Origin: a virus
IMG/VR virus record: IMGVR_UViG_3300028394_000041
Coordinates: 64,001 to 128,000 of that record
DNA: 64,000 nucleotides
Direction: 5' to 3' (one strand)
Shown: positions 8,015 to 19,200 of the stretch, piece after piece
Numbering within the stretch: the first letter of the stretch is position 1
Layout: each line of letters begins with the position of its first letter
The notes under the pieces: generated by a model
What the model saw: the letters and a program-made list of their open reading frames with translations, nothing else
What the model was told of the DNA's origin: nothing
The model's database searches: none
Position numbers and translations under genes: made by a program

Positions 8015-9957
8015 TGCCTACTAAATCAGAAGTATACTCTCAGATAACTGGCAGTTACTATTCTATAAACTCAGAAATTAGTAGTCTAGAGCCATCTTCT
8101 CTTATTAATTTGTATGAGGTAGATTTAAATTCTGTTTATCCTGTTACGTCTTCAATAACTCAAGATGGTCAACCTCTTAAGAATGGAATATTAAGAATAT
8201 ACAATGACTATAATCTATTTAATCTAATTAGCGATGCTAACGGAAGAGTTTTATGGAAAAATGAATATTACTATCCATTTCCAATATCTGCAGAAGGTTT
8301 TGATTTAACAACTTTAGGCACTAGACCTACGCCTAAAATTTACTTATCTAATAACAATCCAGATAAGTCATCAAATTCTTTTTATAAATACTTAAGAATG
8401 CAAATACAAGATTTAGGTGATTTGGCTGGATGTAAATTTACAAGAATTAAAACATTTTTAAAATATTTAAATGGAAATAATTTTGCAGGAGCATCTAACC
8501 CCTATACAAATGACGTTTCAATATACGAAGTCGAACTGCCAAAAGATATTTACTATATAGATCGAAAAAGCTCAGAAAATCCCATGGTAATAGAATTCTC
8601 TTTAGTTTCCGCATTAGATGTAGAAAATTTAAGTTTACCTAATAGAACAATTTTAGCCAAGAGATGTCCCTATTCATACAGAGGAGAAGGTTGTTTATAT
8701 GAGTATAATAAAAGAACTACTAATATCCATAGTGGAGTTTATGGACAAGTAATTAATTCTCCGATTCAAATAACTTTACCGCTTGAGGCTCCACCTGTTT
8801 CTACAGAAAATGATGAAATGTTTTTAGGAGAAATTTTTACAGGAAATTCTGCAGCACAACAAAGATTTAGTGGAATTTCATATTTTGCGACTGGTACAAC
8901 TAATAACTATTCAGAATGGAGTTTTAGTAATTATACACTTGGAGGCGCAGGTACAGCAGCTGCAGCAGCAGCTATACTTAATGATAATACTCACGCTACA
9001 GTCGGAGCAACATCTCAATCAAATACGATTCCTATAGTCACCCTATCATTACAAAGACCAGCAGAAATAACAAGAGTTAAAATTAGTTCAAACGGAGTAT
9101 TTAGACATAAATATGCATTCGAATATTCTCAAGATAATTCAAATTGGTATGCTGTTCCAGATATTAGTGGATTAGATTCAAACTGGAATCTATCTGGAGT
9201 AGCCGCAGGAACATATGCCATGGATTTTCCTTCTAAAGGATTTAATAAATACTGGAGATTAAAAGGCACGACTCAGACGACTACTAACACTACAGCTCTC
9301 ACAGAATTGAATTTTAGTGGGCAATATAGAATTGGCGACAGCGGAGCTTGGGCTACAGGTTACTCTTATCAAGCTGGGAGTTATACATTTTTTCAAAATA
9401 ATGGAGTTAAATATTATTATGTATGCATACAAGATAACACTGGAAGTATTCAAACATCTTTATACAATCCAAATTACTGGAGATCAGATTCTTGTAGCAA
9501 AAGCATAACTGCTTGTAGGAATAGATGGTTTAAAAATCCAGCGCTAAGACCTGTTATATGGCCAATTCCCAGGAATGGATGGACTTGGGATAGAGCAGTA
9601 TATCATTACGATGTTTTTTGGGGAGAATATGGGGCGACCGTAAAAAGAGGAAAACCAACTACTTCATTTACTGGTTTAAAAAATGAAATATCTATATTTA
9701 ATCAATCTGGATACCATAGAGATGCATATGGACCATCGTACAGAATAGGTAAAATTGCAATTGATCCAGATACTCTTCGCAATATACCTTATTTTCCAGA
9801 AGCTGCAGCGAATAGATTAGATTGCTGGCCAAGAAGACCAGACGCATTAGATCCATTAGCTTCTTTTGCTTGTGGAATTCCAAAAGATTCAAGCGGAAAT
9901 TATTTAAATGGATTTTTACCATTTGGAGGTTTTCCAGGAACAAATCCAAAGGCTTAA
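8014..9957 (+). CDS. minor tail protein, lambda gpL-like, with inserted carbohydrate-binding-like domains
   Basis: PISAEGF, RIKTFLKYL, YYIDRKSSEN, RCPYSYRGEGC, CSKSITAC, LPFGGFPG. Confidence 0.88.
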   Translation: MPTKSEVYSQITGSYYSINSEISSLEPSSLINLYEVDLNSVYPVTSSITQDGQPLKNGILRIYNDYNLFNLISDANGRVLWKNEYYYPFPISAEGFDLTTLGTRPTPKIYLSNNNPDKSSNSFYKYLRMQIQDLGDLAGCKFTRIKTFLKYLNGNNFAGASNPYTNDVSIYEVELPKDIYYIDRKSSENPMVIEFSLVSALDVENLSLPNRTILAKRCPYSYRGEGCLYEYNKRTTNIHSGVYGQVINSPIQITLPLEAPPVSTENDEMFLGEIFTGNSAAQQRFSGISYFATGTTNNYSEWSFSNYTLGGAGTAAAAAAILNDNTHATVGATSQSNTIPIVTLSLQRPAEITRVKISSNGVFRHKYAFEYSQDNSNWYAVPDISGLDSNWNLSGVAAGTYAMDFPSKGFNKYWRLKGTTQTTTNTTALTELNFSGQYRIGDSGAWATGYSYQAGSYTFFQNNGVKYYYVCIQDNTGSIQTSLYNPNYWRSDSCSKSITACRNRWFKNPALRPVIWPIPRNGWTWDRAVYHYDVFWGEYGATVKRGKPTTSFTGLKNEISIFNQSGYHRDAYGPSYRIGKIAIDPDTLRNIPYFPEAAANRLDCWPRRPDALDPLASFACGIPKDSSGNYLNGFLPFGGFPGTNPKA

Positions 9958-9958
9958 A

Positions 9959-10690
9959 ATGATAACAAATAAAATTAAAAAAATTATTAAGCAGGAATCA
10001 TTATCTGCATATCCAAATGAATGCTGTGGGTTTGTAGTAGAAAAAGATAATGAAATCCTAGTCGTTCCTTGTGAAAATATTGCAAAAAATAAATCTAACG
10101 ATTTTATGATTTCAGCAAAAAATTTTTTAGATATTAAAGAGAAATATAATATCTTATGGTTGTATCATAATCATACTAACGTAGAAGACTTTAGCCTATT
10201 AGACAAAAAAACAGCAGATAATCTATCTATAAATTTGCTTTTATATATTAATGAATTAGATGAATTTAAAGTTTTTTATCATAAAGATTTTAAAAGTCTT
10301 AATTACCTATTTGAACCCCATGATGATTATAAAAATAATTGTTTTAATTTAGTAAAAAATTACTTTAAAAATGAATTAAATTTAAATTTGGAAATTGATA
10401 ATGATTTAATTAATAATAAAAATCTTGAGGATCTAAACGTAGAAGAGATAACTTTCAATAATTACGAAGCGAATAATTTATTTATTTTAAGTAATAAAAC
10501 CTCTATTAAAAAGAATGATATTATTTTATTAAAAAATAAAATTAGTGAACATTTGGCTGTATATCTAGGTAGTAATAAAATACTTCATCAGCCCATTCAT
10601 AAAGTATCAATTATTGAAGACTATACGGAGAGATATAAAAAAGAAACAAAAGCTGTATTTAGGAGTAATCTATTATATGACAATTGTTAA
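9959..10690 (+). CDS. tail tip assembly protein, lambda gpK-like (JAB/MPN + NlpC/P60)
   Basis: YPNECCGF, YHNH..S..D (JAB); NCFNLV, HLAVYLG..ILH (NlpC/P60). Start ATG 9959 is preferred over 9908. Confidence 0.88.
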   Translation: MITNKIKKIIKQESLSAYPNECCGFVVEKDNEILVVPCENIAKNKSNDFMISAKNFLDIKEKYNILWLYHNHTNVEDFSLLDKKTADNLSINLLLYINELDEFKVFYHKDFKSLNYLFEPHDDYKNNCFNLVKNYFKNELNLNLEIDNDLINNKNLEDLNVEEITFNNYEANNLFILSNKTSIKKNDIILLKNKISEHLAVYLGSNKILHQPIHKVSIIEDYTERYKKETKAVFRSNLLYDNC

Positions 10691-11423
10691 ATTACATGGC
10701 AAGCTAGCGGAAGAATTTGGTGAAAACTGGAAGTTAGAAGTCAAGAGCGTATCTGAAATTTTAAGAGCAATTGAAGCTAATACAGGTAAATTTAGAAAAT
10801 TTATATTAGAAAATCAATATGAATTTAATTATGAAGTTATGATAAATCATAAGTCTATGTCGTATAATGATGGACCAATAACCTTAGAAAATTACGCGCA
10901 AAGCGATTTATATGTCGAATTTGGCGATGAATTAAAAACTGTTGACATTATACCTATTATCGTAGGTTCAAAACAAGCTATAACTTGGATTGGAGCTGGA
11001 GCAATGTTTGTTGGTGCGTTTATATTTCCTCCAGCAGCTCCATTTTTAATTGCTGGAGGTTTAGCTCTTGCAGCAGCTGGAGTTACTATGATGTTATCTA
11101 AGCCACCGCCTTTGATACCTTATCAAGATCAACAGGCCACAGTAAATAAACAAAGCGCGATTGGTGGTGGTGGAGGTGGAGTAATTTCTTATTTATTTAA
11201 TGGCCCAACTAATACAGTTGGCGAAGGCGGACCAGTTCAAGTAGGATATGGAGAACTTTTAATTGGTTCTCATAACATCTCAACAAATTACGATATTATA
11301 TATTCTGCTAATTATAGAGATATAGAAACTGGAAATTTACTTGAAACAAGCAAAGGATTTCAATATTTATTCAACGAGCATGCAATGTTAATTAACCAAA
11401 GCTCTGTGACAAGCAATTTCTAA
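10677..11423 (+). CDS. tail assembly protein, lambda gpI-like
   Basis: VKLHGKLAEEFG, hydrophobic middle, SYLFNGPTNTVGEGGPVQVGYGELLIGS. Start ATG 10677. Confidence 0.88.
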   Translation: MTIVKLHGKLAEEFGENWKLEVKSVSEILRAIEANTGKFRKFILENQYEFNYEVMINHKSMSYNDGPITLENYAQSDLYVEFGDELKTVDIIPIIVGSKQAITWIGAGAMFVGAFIFPPAAPFLIAGGLALAAAGVTMMLSKPPPLIPYQDQQATVNKQSAIGGGGGGVISYLFNGPTNTVGEGGPVQVGYGELLIGSHNISTNYDIIYSANYRDIETGNLLETSKGFQYLFNEHAMLINQSSVTSNF

Positions 11424-11424
11424 T

Positions 11425-14400
11425 ATGGCAAATCCAAATAAAATCGTAGAAGGTTTAGAATTTTTAGAATACTCCTCAAATATGAGTTGCAGTTGGGGTG
11501 GTTTAAAATTCCCAGAAAGTACAGCTGCAGATTACATGGGTGGGAGTCATGCTTTATTTTTTAGTGGAAAAGACTACGATGGAAGAGATTTAGATACATA
11601 TAATTTTGGTGGAGGAGGTTTTGGTCCAAGAGGAGTAAGCGGTGCTTACGAGGCTGTAAGTCCAATTTTTGGACTAAACCCCAACTCTTTTCCTGGAGAT
11701 GCTCCAGCAAATCATATTTATACTAATTATGATGGTATGAGTTATGTAAGTGGCGCATGGGACGCTTCAACTCCTGGTGGAGGAGCAGAAAACGCTTGGG
11801 AAAGTGGATTTCAAAGAGTTAGAGGCTTTGATTATATTTGTCTTGGGCATGATAGAAATACTCCAAAATTACATTCAAAATTTGGAATGGGTCTAGACTT
11901 CGCTTCTTTAAATCCATATGTAGCTAGCGCAGGAGGAGCGAGCAGAACTGACGTAGGAATCACTTCGATTACAACAATAAGTACATTAGATATAATTGGA
12001 GAAGGACCAATTGAAGGTCTAGTTACTGGTACATATATATATAATTTAAGTGGAAAGAGGGCGGGAGATATAGGTTATAATAGTGTTAAAGTTCAATCAT
12101 ATTTTACAGGAGATAATGATTTAGCAACGAATCCTATGGTAGGTACGAATAATCCAGAAGCAAGATCTATTTTTTGGAATCAAACGCCATTAGCTAATGA
12201 AAGGGGTTATCTTAACTTTCAATATATTAATTATAGATTCAATAATGGAGAGCCAAGTATTCACACAGTTTCAAACCCTAAAGTATTACTGTACGAAGAT
12301 AGGTTTCATTACGACGGATATCAAGTAGATAAGTTTAAATATCCTATACCAGTTCAAGTTTCTAAACAAATTAATGAAAAATTAAGAGGGGCAAGTGCAT
12401 ATGATGGAGCTAGTTCTGGCGTATATTTTCCAAATAGATATTATATATATAATACAGATGTAGAAGCTTTAAGAATTAATTTCAAAGTTGAAGCTTTGTA
12501 TTGGCAACCAATTACTGGATCAAATGCATCAGAAACTTCTCCACGCACGGTAATGATTCAAATGTATTTATATAGATTATTTAAAGATGGCACAACTGCT
12601 TTCGCTTCAATGGAGAAACTTTCTAATACTGATCCATATTTATTTTCTTCAGATGCATTTCGTATACAAGGCAAAATAAATAATCCAACAATTTTGCATT
12701 ATACATGGTATATCAGATCTCATGCAGATAACGGATTCTTTTTCGAAATCCTACCAAATCAAATTGGGTGGATGATTAGAATTGATAAAGCTGCATACGA
12801 AGATTATAGTACATATGTTAAAAATACAACAGTAATAGAGAGCATCACAGAAGTTTACCACGATAGATTTACTTTTCCAAACACAGCATGCGTATGGACA
12901 AAATATGACGCAAGATATTTTTCGGATGTTCCAGAAAGAAGTTATAGAGCAAAGCTATTAAAAGTCAAGGTGCCAAATAATTATGACCCTATAGCAAAAA
13001 ATTATAATGGGAATTGGGATGGAAGGTTTAAATTAGCATGGACAGATAATCCAGCGTGGTGTTATTATGATCTAATCACTAGCAATAGATATGGACTTGG
13101 AAAGTATCTAGACTCTTCATTAGTAGATAAATGGACATTATATGAAATTTCTAAATATTGCGACACACTTGTTCCAGACGGAAATGGAGGCTTAGAGCCA
13201 AGATTTACATGTAATGTTCTTTTAACCTCTAAAGAAGAAGCTTATAAAGTTCTTGATGATATGGCATCAATTTTCAATGGACTAACTTATTACTCTGCTG
13301 GGCAAATATTCTTGACCCAAGATTCACCTAAAGATCCAATTTATCTATTCAATAATTCGAATGTTATAAATGGAGATTTTACTTATTCAGATAGTTCAAA
13401 AAGATTAAGAAGATCTGTAGCGTTAATAAGATATAACGATTCAACAAATAATTTCAAACCAGCAATTGAATATGTTGAAGATAGACAAAGTTTACAAAAA
13501 TATGGAATCAGAGAAGCAGAAGTTACTGCATTTGGATGCACAAGACCAAATCAAGCAAGAAGATTAGGTAAATGGTTTTTGAAAAGCGAAAATTTAGAAA
13601 CAGAAACAGTAGAATTTAAAGCTGGCCTAGAAGGGCATTTTTTAAAACCAGGAGACGTAATTAATGTTTTTGATCAAAATAGAAAAAATAATATTTACGC
13701 TGGTCGCACTTTAAGTTTAACAACTGGTAGAGCTACGCTGGATTTATCTTCTGATTATTTAAATATTTTAACTGGTCAACAAGCGGGTAATAGAATTAAA
13801 TTATCATTCTTAACTCCATCTTATACTTTAGAAAGAGGCACAGATATAGGAAATTTATATATCACTGGTTTTGACGCTAATTCTTCTGGAATATCTGGCT
13901 TAAATTCTACATTTTTTAGAAATTCTCAAATTCAAACGGTAACTATACAAAATCCAAATAACTATTTTTCTGGAAATAAAAATAGCAATGGATATTCAGG
14001 ATTTATTGATGTTATTCTACCTACCGCATTAAATACTAGTGGTCAATATTTACCTCAAAATACTCCATGGACAATAGAAGTAACTGGATATAATTCGATT
14101 ATAAATGCAAAATCTCAAATTAATAATCCAAGCAGTCTGGTATATCCAGGATATTACTTGGAAGCAACACTAGATAAACCAAAGCCATATAGAATTGTAA
14201 ATATTCAAGAAATTGAAAATAAAATATTTTCAGTAACAGCCTTAGAATATGTATTAGATAAATATAACGATATTGAAACTGGGTCAGCATTAGCTTCTGT
14301 TAATAATAAAAGAGATATTCCATCTACTCCATTTTTAGAAGCTAATATAATATATAGAAATTCTAAGGGAGGGTATGCAGATTCGTCTAATAACATCTTT

Positions 14401-14793
14401 ACGACTTACCAAACAAATGGTATTAATTCTATAAGTTACTTTATAACAGGTGGACCAAACTCTGGATTAGTTTCTAGATATTTAATATATAAGAGTAGCG
14501 GAGCTTTTATAAATGATCCGCCATCTCAATCTCAACTTTTAGCAATTAAAACTAACGATAGTTTAAATAGATCTGGTGTTGCATACAGTGCATTTGGTGG
14601 AGTTGGAACACTAACAACTGGAGCAGTTGATTTACCAGATTTCTTTACTCCTTTAGGAAAAGGAACTTTCTATTTGAGATGTTATGCTGAAAACGCCCTT
14701 GGAGAAACAGCTCCATATGCAGAAAAACTTATAACATTAACGCAGCAAGCTACATTAGCCCAGGAACAATTAGAGGATTATAACGTACAATGA
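11425..14793 (+). CDS. central tail fibre / tip attachment protein, lambda gpJ-like
   Basis: GEGPIEGL, KVKVPNNYDP, WDGRFKLAWTDNPAW, EPRFTCN, AFGCTRPNQARRLGKW, LKPGDVI. Confidence 0.92.
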   Translation: MANPNKIVEGLEFLEYSSNMSCSWGGLKFPESTAADYMGGSHALFFSGKDYDGRDLDTYNFGGGGFGPRGVSGAYEAVSPIFGLNPNSFPGDAPANHIYTNYDGMSYVSGAWDASTPGGGAENAWESGFQRVRGFDYICLGHDRNTPKLHSKFGMGLDFASLNPYVASAGGASRTDVGITSITTISTLDIIGEGPIEGLVTGTYIYNLSGKRAGDIGYNSVKVQSYFTGDNDLATNPMVGTNNPEARSIFWNQTPLANERGYLNFQYINYRFNNGEPSIHTVSNPKVLLYEDRFHYDGYQVDKFKYPIPVQVSKQINEKLRGASAYDGASSGVYFPNRYYIYNTDVEALRINFKVEALYWQPITGSNASETSPRTVMIQMYLYRLFKDGTTAFASMEKLSNTDPYLFSSDAFRIQGKINNPTILHYTWYIRSHADNGFFFEILPNQIGWMIRIDKAAYEDYSTYVKNTTVIESITEVYHDRFTFPNTACVWTKYDARYFSDVPERSYRAKLLKVKVPNNYDPIAKNYNGNWDGRFKLAWTDNPAWCYYDLITSNRYGLGKYLDSSLVDKWTLYEISKYCDTLVPDGNGGLEPRFTCNVLLTSKEEAYKVLDDMASIFNGLTYYSAGQIFLTQDSPKDPIYLFNNSNVINGDFTYSDSSKRLRRSVALIRYNDSTNNFKPAIEYVEDRQSLQKYGIREAEVTAFGCTRPNQARRLGKWFLKSENLETETVEFKAGLEGHFLKPGDVINVFDQNRKNNIYAGRTLSLTTGRATLDLSSDYLNILTGQQAGNRIKLSFLTPSYTLERGTDIGNLYITGFDANSSGISGLNSTFFRNSQIQTVTIQNPNNYFSGNKNSNGYSGFIDVILPTALNTSGQYLPQNTPWTIEVTGYNSIINAKSQINNPSSLVYPGYYLEATLDKPKPYRIVNIQEIENKIFSVTALEYVLDKYNDIETGSALASVNNKRDIPSTPFLEANIIYRNSKGGYADSSNNIFTTYQTNGINSISYFITGGPNSGLVSRYLIYKSSGAFINDPPSQSQLLAIKTNDSLNRSGVAYSAFGGVGTLTTGAVDLPDFFTPLGKGTFYLRCYAENALGETAPYAEKLITLTQQATLAQEQLEDYNVQ

Positions 14794-16262
14794 ACACTTT
14801 AGATCAAATTTCCTCCGCAGAAAATATAAAATTAACTTGGACTAATTCAATTAAAATTTCTCAATTTTTAAAACTAGAAGATGATGTAGATTATGATTCG
14901 CTTATTAAGCCTTACACTATACAAATTTTAAATGAAAATGAAGAAATTCTTAGAGAATATAATAATTTTAAAGATGGAAGAAAAAACACTTCTCTGATTC
15001 ATATAGCAATTCAAAAACCTGCAATTTTAAGAAGAGCTTATATGTTTGCTAATACAAGAAAACAATATAATAAGGTATTAAATACGATGACTTATTCTTT
15101 TGAATTTCCTTTTGAAGAGAATATTAAAAGTTATATTGAAAAAAATAATAAATTAGGATATTATAAAAATTTAAAAATTAAAGTCATATCTGAAGATAAT
15201 GATGACTCAAATGACGTATTAATAAATGTTACTTATAGAGATGTTAACGTAAACGATATAAATGATATTTTTATTAAAATTTTTAGAAATATAGAAAATA
15301 CAGGAATCAAATTAAAATTCAATAAAGAAAAATTTCTTAATAGTAATATTGAAAGTATACTAATCCAACCTTTAGACGACAATTCAAAAGAAAAATTTAA
15401 ATGCATATTCATTGATCAAATAAAAGAAAAATGGCTATCCATAATAGAAAATGAGTCTTCTATTAGTATTCCATTCCCAAATAATTATATCATAAAAAAT
15501 GATTCTCAATTTGATATAAAAGTATACTATTTTAACAAAGCTCAAACGAACATGTTGAATTCATTTAAAAATTTTAACAACAACGAAGAGATAATATTGG
15601 ATATCGCTTTAGAAAACTTTAACCAGCAAATGTTTGATGTGATCGATGTACCCAGCGAAGAAGAAGAATATAAAGTTTATTATCAAAATTTTATATATTT
15701 ATTTAATAGTGAAAGTTACAATAATATAGCTTGGCCTAATGAGTTTACATCAATTAACGGCATAGAATATAAAAAATATTTTCCATTAGCTAAAGATACT
15801 TCAAATAATGAAACATACTTAATTAACAGAGTAATTGTACCAGAGTCTTCTGCCTTAAGCTTAATTCATGACGAAAATTTATCAACAGATTTGATTGGTT
15901 ATAAATTTAAAGATTTAAACGGAAATATCAATTATAATGATATTTCTTCAGATTTAACATATCAGAAGAATACGAATATTAAAAGCATTGAAATTAAGAC
16001 TGTAATAGAAGAAAATGGTCAAACCTCTATATATCTTGAAGCGATCACAGACTTTATGGATACTTCTAATTTCAAAATAATAAATGTAAGCAATAATCTA
16101 TCGTTTATTGAAAGATATTTTACTAGTATTTCTGACCAAAATTATGTTACTCTATTATTTAAATTAAATTATAATTACGCAAATGATACATTTATGGACA
16201 CGCCTAAAAACCAATTATTATTCAATAAAGAGTTTATCTCTTTTGATTTGGATGTTGGATAA
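14790..16262 (+). CDS. hypothetical protein (N/I/K-rich), last gene of the tail-tip operon
   Basis: 490-aa ORF with an ATGA overlap with gpJ; no recognisable motif. Confidence 0.6.
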   Translation: MNTLDQISSAENIKLTWTNSIKISQFLKLEDDVDYDSLIKPYTIQILNENEEILREYNNFKDGRKNTSLIHIAIQKPAILRRAYMFANTRKQYNKVLNTMTYSFEFPFEENIKSYIEKNNKLGYYKNLKIKVISEDNDDSNDVLINVTYRDVNVNDINDIFIKIFRNIENTGIKLKFNKEKFLNSNIESILIQPLDDNSKEKFKCIFIDQIKEKWLSIIENESSISIPFPNNYIIKNDSQFDIKVYYFNKAQTNMLNSFKNFNNNEEIILDIALENFNQQMFDVIDVPSEEEEYKVYYQNFIYLFNSESYNNIAWPNEFTSINGIEYKKYFPLAKDTSNNETYLINRVIVPESSALSLIHDENLSTDLIGYKFKDLNGNINYNDISSDLTYQKNTNIKSIEIKTVIEENGQTSIYLEAITDFMDTSNFKIINVSNNLSFIERYFTSISDQNYVTLLFKLNYNYANDTFMDTPKNQLLFNKEFISFDLDVG

Positions 16263-19200
16263 TTATCTAACCTTCTTGTAAACAGAACTACTTAACATTC
16301 CGCCTGGTCTTTGTTGATCTGTAATAACTTTAACAACCTCAGTTTTGATTTTATCTGATAATTCTTTAGCTTGTTTCTCGGACGCTAATCTATTAGATCT
16401 TAATTGATTACCTGAGTTTGAATTACCCGCGTCCTCCGATACATTTCCAGATTGGTCAATACTAATAGATATGTTAATATTATTTGAAATTTCCCCAGCG
16501 GTTGTAGCTTCGGATTTTTTAGATCCTAAAATTCCAAGATCATTACCATCATCTGGAGAAACCATTCCACCAGATGCAAACTTTTTCATTCTTCCAGAAT
16601 TTATATTATCAAAGAATTTTTTCCCATAATGGTTGACTGAATCTTTTCTAATAACGTATTCTCCACCCATTAATAAAGCTGGAACATCATCTTTGCCAGT
16701 ATTTCCGCCTTTAGCAAAACCAATCATTCCTCCATTTGCTCTATTATAGACTGAATATGGACTCGTCCCTCCTCCTCCGATTTGACCCAGCCCAGCTCCA
16801 TATACTTTAGCTTGATTATACTGAGACATAGTAGGAGGCGGAGCACTTAATCTTCCAGAATTTCCTAAATTCAAGGCAGAGGTTCCGTAAGAAGATGGAG
16901 ATGCCATTGGAGCAGTAGCTGATAATCTAGAATTAGAAGCAGATGGAAGATTTAATTTTTGATTAGCGGCTTGGGTAGGAGATAGTCTTCCAGAGTTTCC
17001 TAAGTTTAAACCTGATGTCCCTGAGTCTCTTGGGCTACTTGGAGAGAATAATCCATTCCCAGCAAGAGCTTGTCCCAATAATCCTCCACCAACTGCCATA
17101 CCAGCAGAAAGTAATCCTCCCCAAAATATATTGTCTTGTTGTTTTTTATAATTATCTTGAGCCTCTTTGTTCATTTGATCTACTCGAGATCTATTTTCTA
17201 AATTATTTCTAATAGTATCTATAGCAGCATCTCTATTATTATAATATATGCCAATTCCTTCAGCAAGATAATCAATCAAACGACTTTTTTTATCTTGAAT
17301 TATTTTATTTTGAGGATTGTTTGGATCTTCCCTAGCGAGATCTGATAATCTTGGATCTAAAATATTTGTACCGCTACTTGCAAAGTCTGAATCATAATTA
17401 TAAACATTTCCTAATTCAAATCTTGCTCCTCCCCCAAATGCACTTGATAAATCTTCTGTTAATGAATTTCTATCAGAAAAAGATATATCATTTCCAGCAA
17501 GCATATCATTAATTGTATTTTGAAAAGCTTTAGCCATTTCTTTAGTAATGATTCTACCTTGTGCTTCTTTTCCTGCAATTATTAACGGATCTACTTTAGC
17601 GTTTGTGAGCATGTTCTGTATGCTTGATTCTGGAGGATTATAATTCGCATATCCTCCGCCAGCCATTTGAACAACTCCACCTTCATTTAATTTTTGTAAG
17701 AATCTATCTCCATATTTATTTACAGAAGATTTTTTAATAACATATTCTCCCTTTCCTAATGCAGCTGGAACATCGTCTTTTGTTCCAGATCCGCCCATTA
17801 CTTTTCCTCCATTAGAAAATCTTTGTATTCCACTAGACGTAACCATTCCACCATTAGCTCCGCCAAGTGGATTTTTAAATGCAGAAGGTATTCCGCCAAT
17901 GCTACTAAATAAAGAATTAAATATAGAATTCGTCGCCATTTGTAAAGCTAATTGTTGAATTTTATTAGCTATATTTAAAGCCATAGTTCTAAATGCATCA
18001 TCCACGGTCTTAGTTCCATCAATTACAGATTGAAAAGCGTTATTAAATTCAGATTTCATTGTTCGAGCTGTATCAACAAAAGTTGAATTAACGTCTCTAG
18101 CCATGTCTTGAGTACCATAAGTCATTTCTTCTGAAAAAGCAGCAAATGGATCACTTGGTTTAAATTTTTTCTCTCTAATTCTTGCAGTTCTTTCTGCTTC
18201 TCCAGCAGATTGAAGTTCATCCGCAAATACACTACCTTCTTTTGCGCCAGCTATTGCGGCTAATTTGTTTGCTAATAATGGAGCTACTCTATTTAAAGCT
18301 TCAAGATTGCCTTTGTATTCTTCTTCTAATTTCCTTAATTGCTCTGCTAAGGCTGACTTTGCATCTTCTCTTGCGGAGGCTGTATAGACGCTTTGATTTA
18401 ATCTATCGAAACCATTTTGCAATAACGCAGAAGAATTTTGAATTTCTTGATTTTTATTTTTATAATCTGAGATATCTCTTGTTGTAACGCTACCCTCATT
18501 AATTTTTGAAATCATTCTTTCTTGTTGAAGAATTGCTTGATCAATTAATTTCCTCTTTGTCTCTGGATCAAAAATCCCTTCATTAATAGCGTTTATTGTT
18601 TGGGCTCCAGTATTTTTAACTATCTCTTGAAAATCAATTTTATTTGTTTTGCCCATTTGTCTTAAATCTAAACCTTGGAAAGCCCCTGCACCCATATCAG
18701 CTTGAGCCTTTGATAAAGCTATTGAATTTAAATCTTTTCTAGAAGTCCTTCCTTCTGCCGCTTGAGCTACCCCTAATAATCCAAGTTTTGCAGCTTCAGC
18801 AGCTTTTGCTAATCCAGCTGTGTCATCTCCATATTGTTTTCTTAAGCCTATTTCTATTTCCCTATATCTATTAAGAGTCTCTTCTCTCAAAGATGCGCTT
18901 GAAATATTTTTGGCAAGATCACCCAGATTTGTACTAGAAATTGAAGAAGATAAGGCTGTTCTTTCTGCTGCAGCACTTATTTTAGCTAGTGCAATTTCGT
19001 AAGGAACACCAGCGTTAGTCATTGCTTCTAATTCTTTAACAAATTCTTCTTGGAATTTTTTTGCTTCGTTTTTTCGTTTTTCTTCATCAACAGTGCCACT
19101 GGCTATTTTACCCAAAGTTTCTTGAACTGTTTTCCCTAAGATTGAATTTATTTGAGTATCTTTAAATGAAGTATCCTTAAACAAATCTTGAAAATTACCA

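Noticed and set aside
7441-16265. Actively invertible segment (shufflon-like)
   Set aside because: No matching inverted repeats at both ends and no recombinase in the window.
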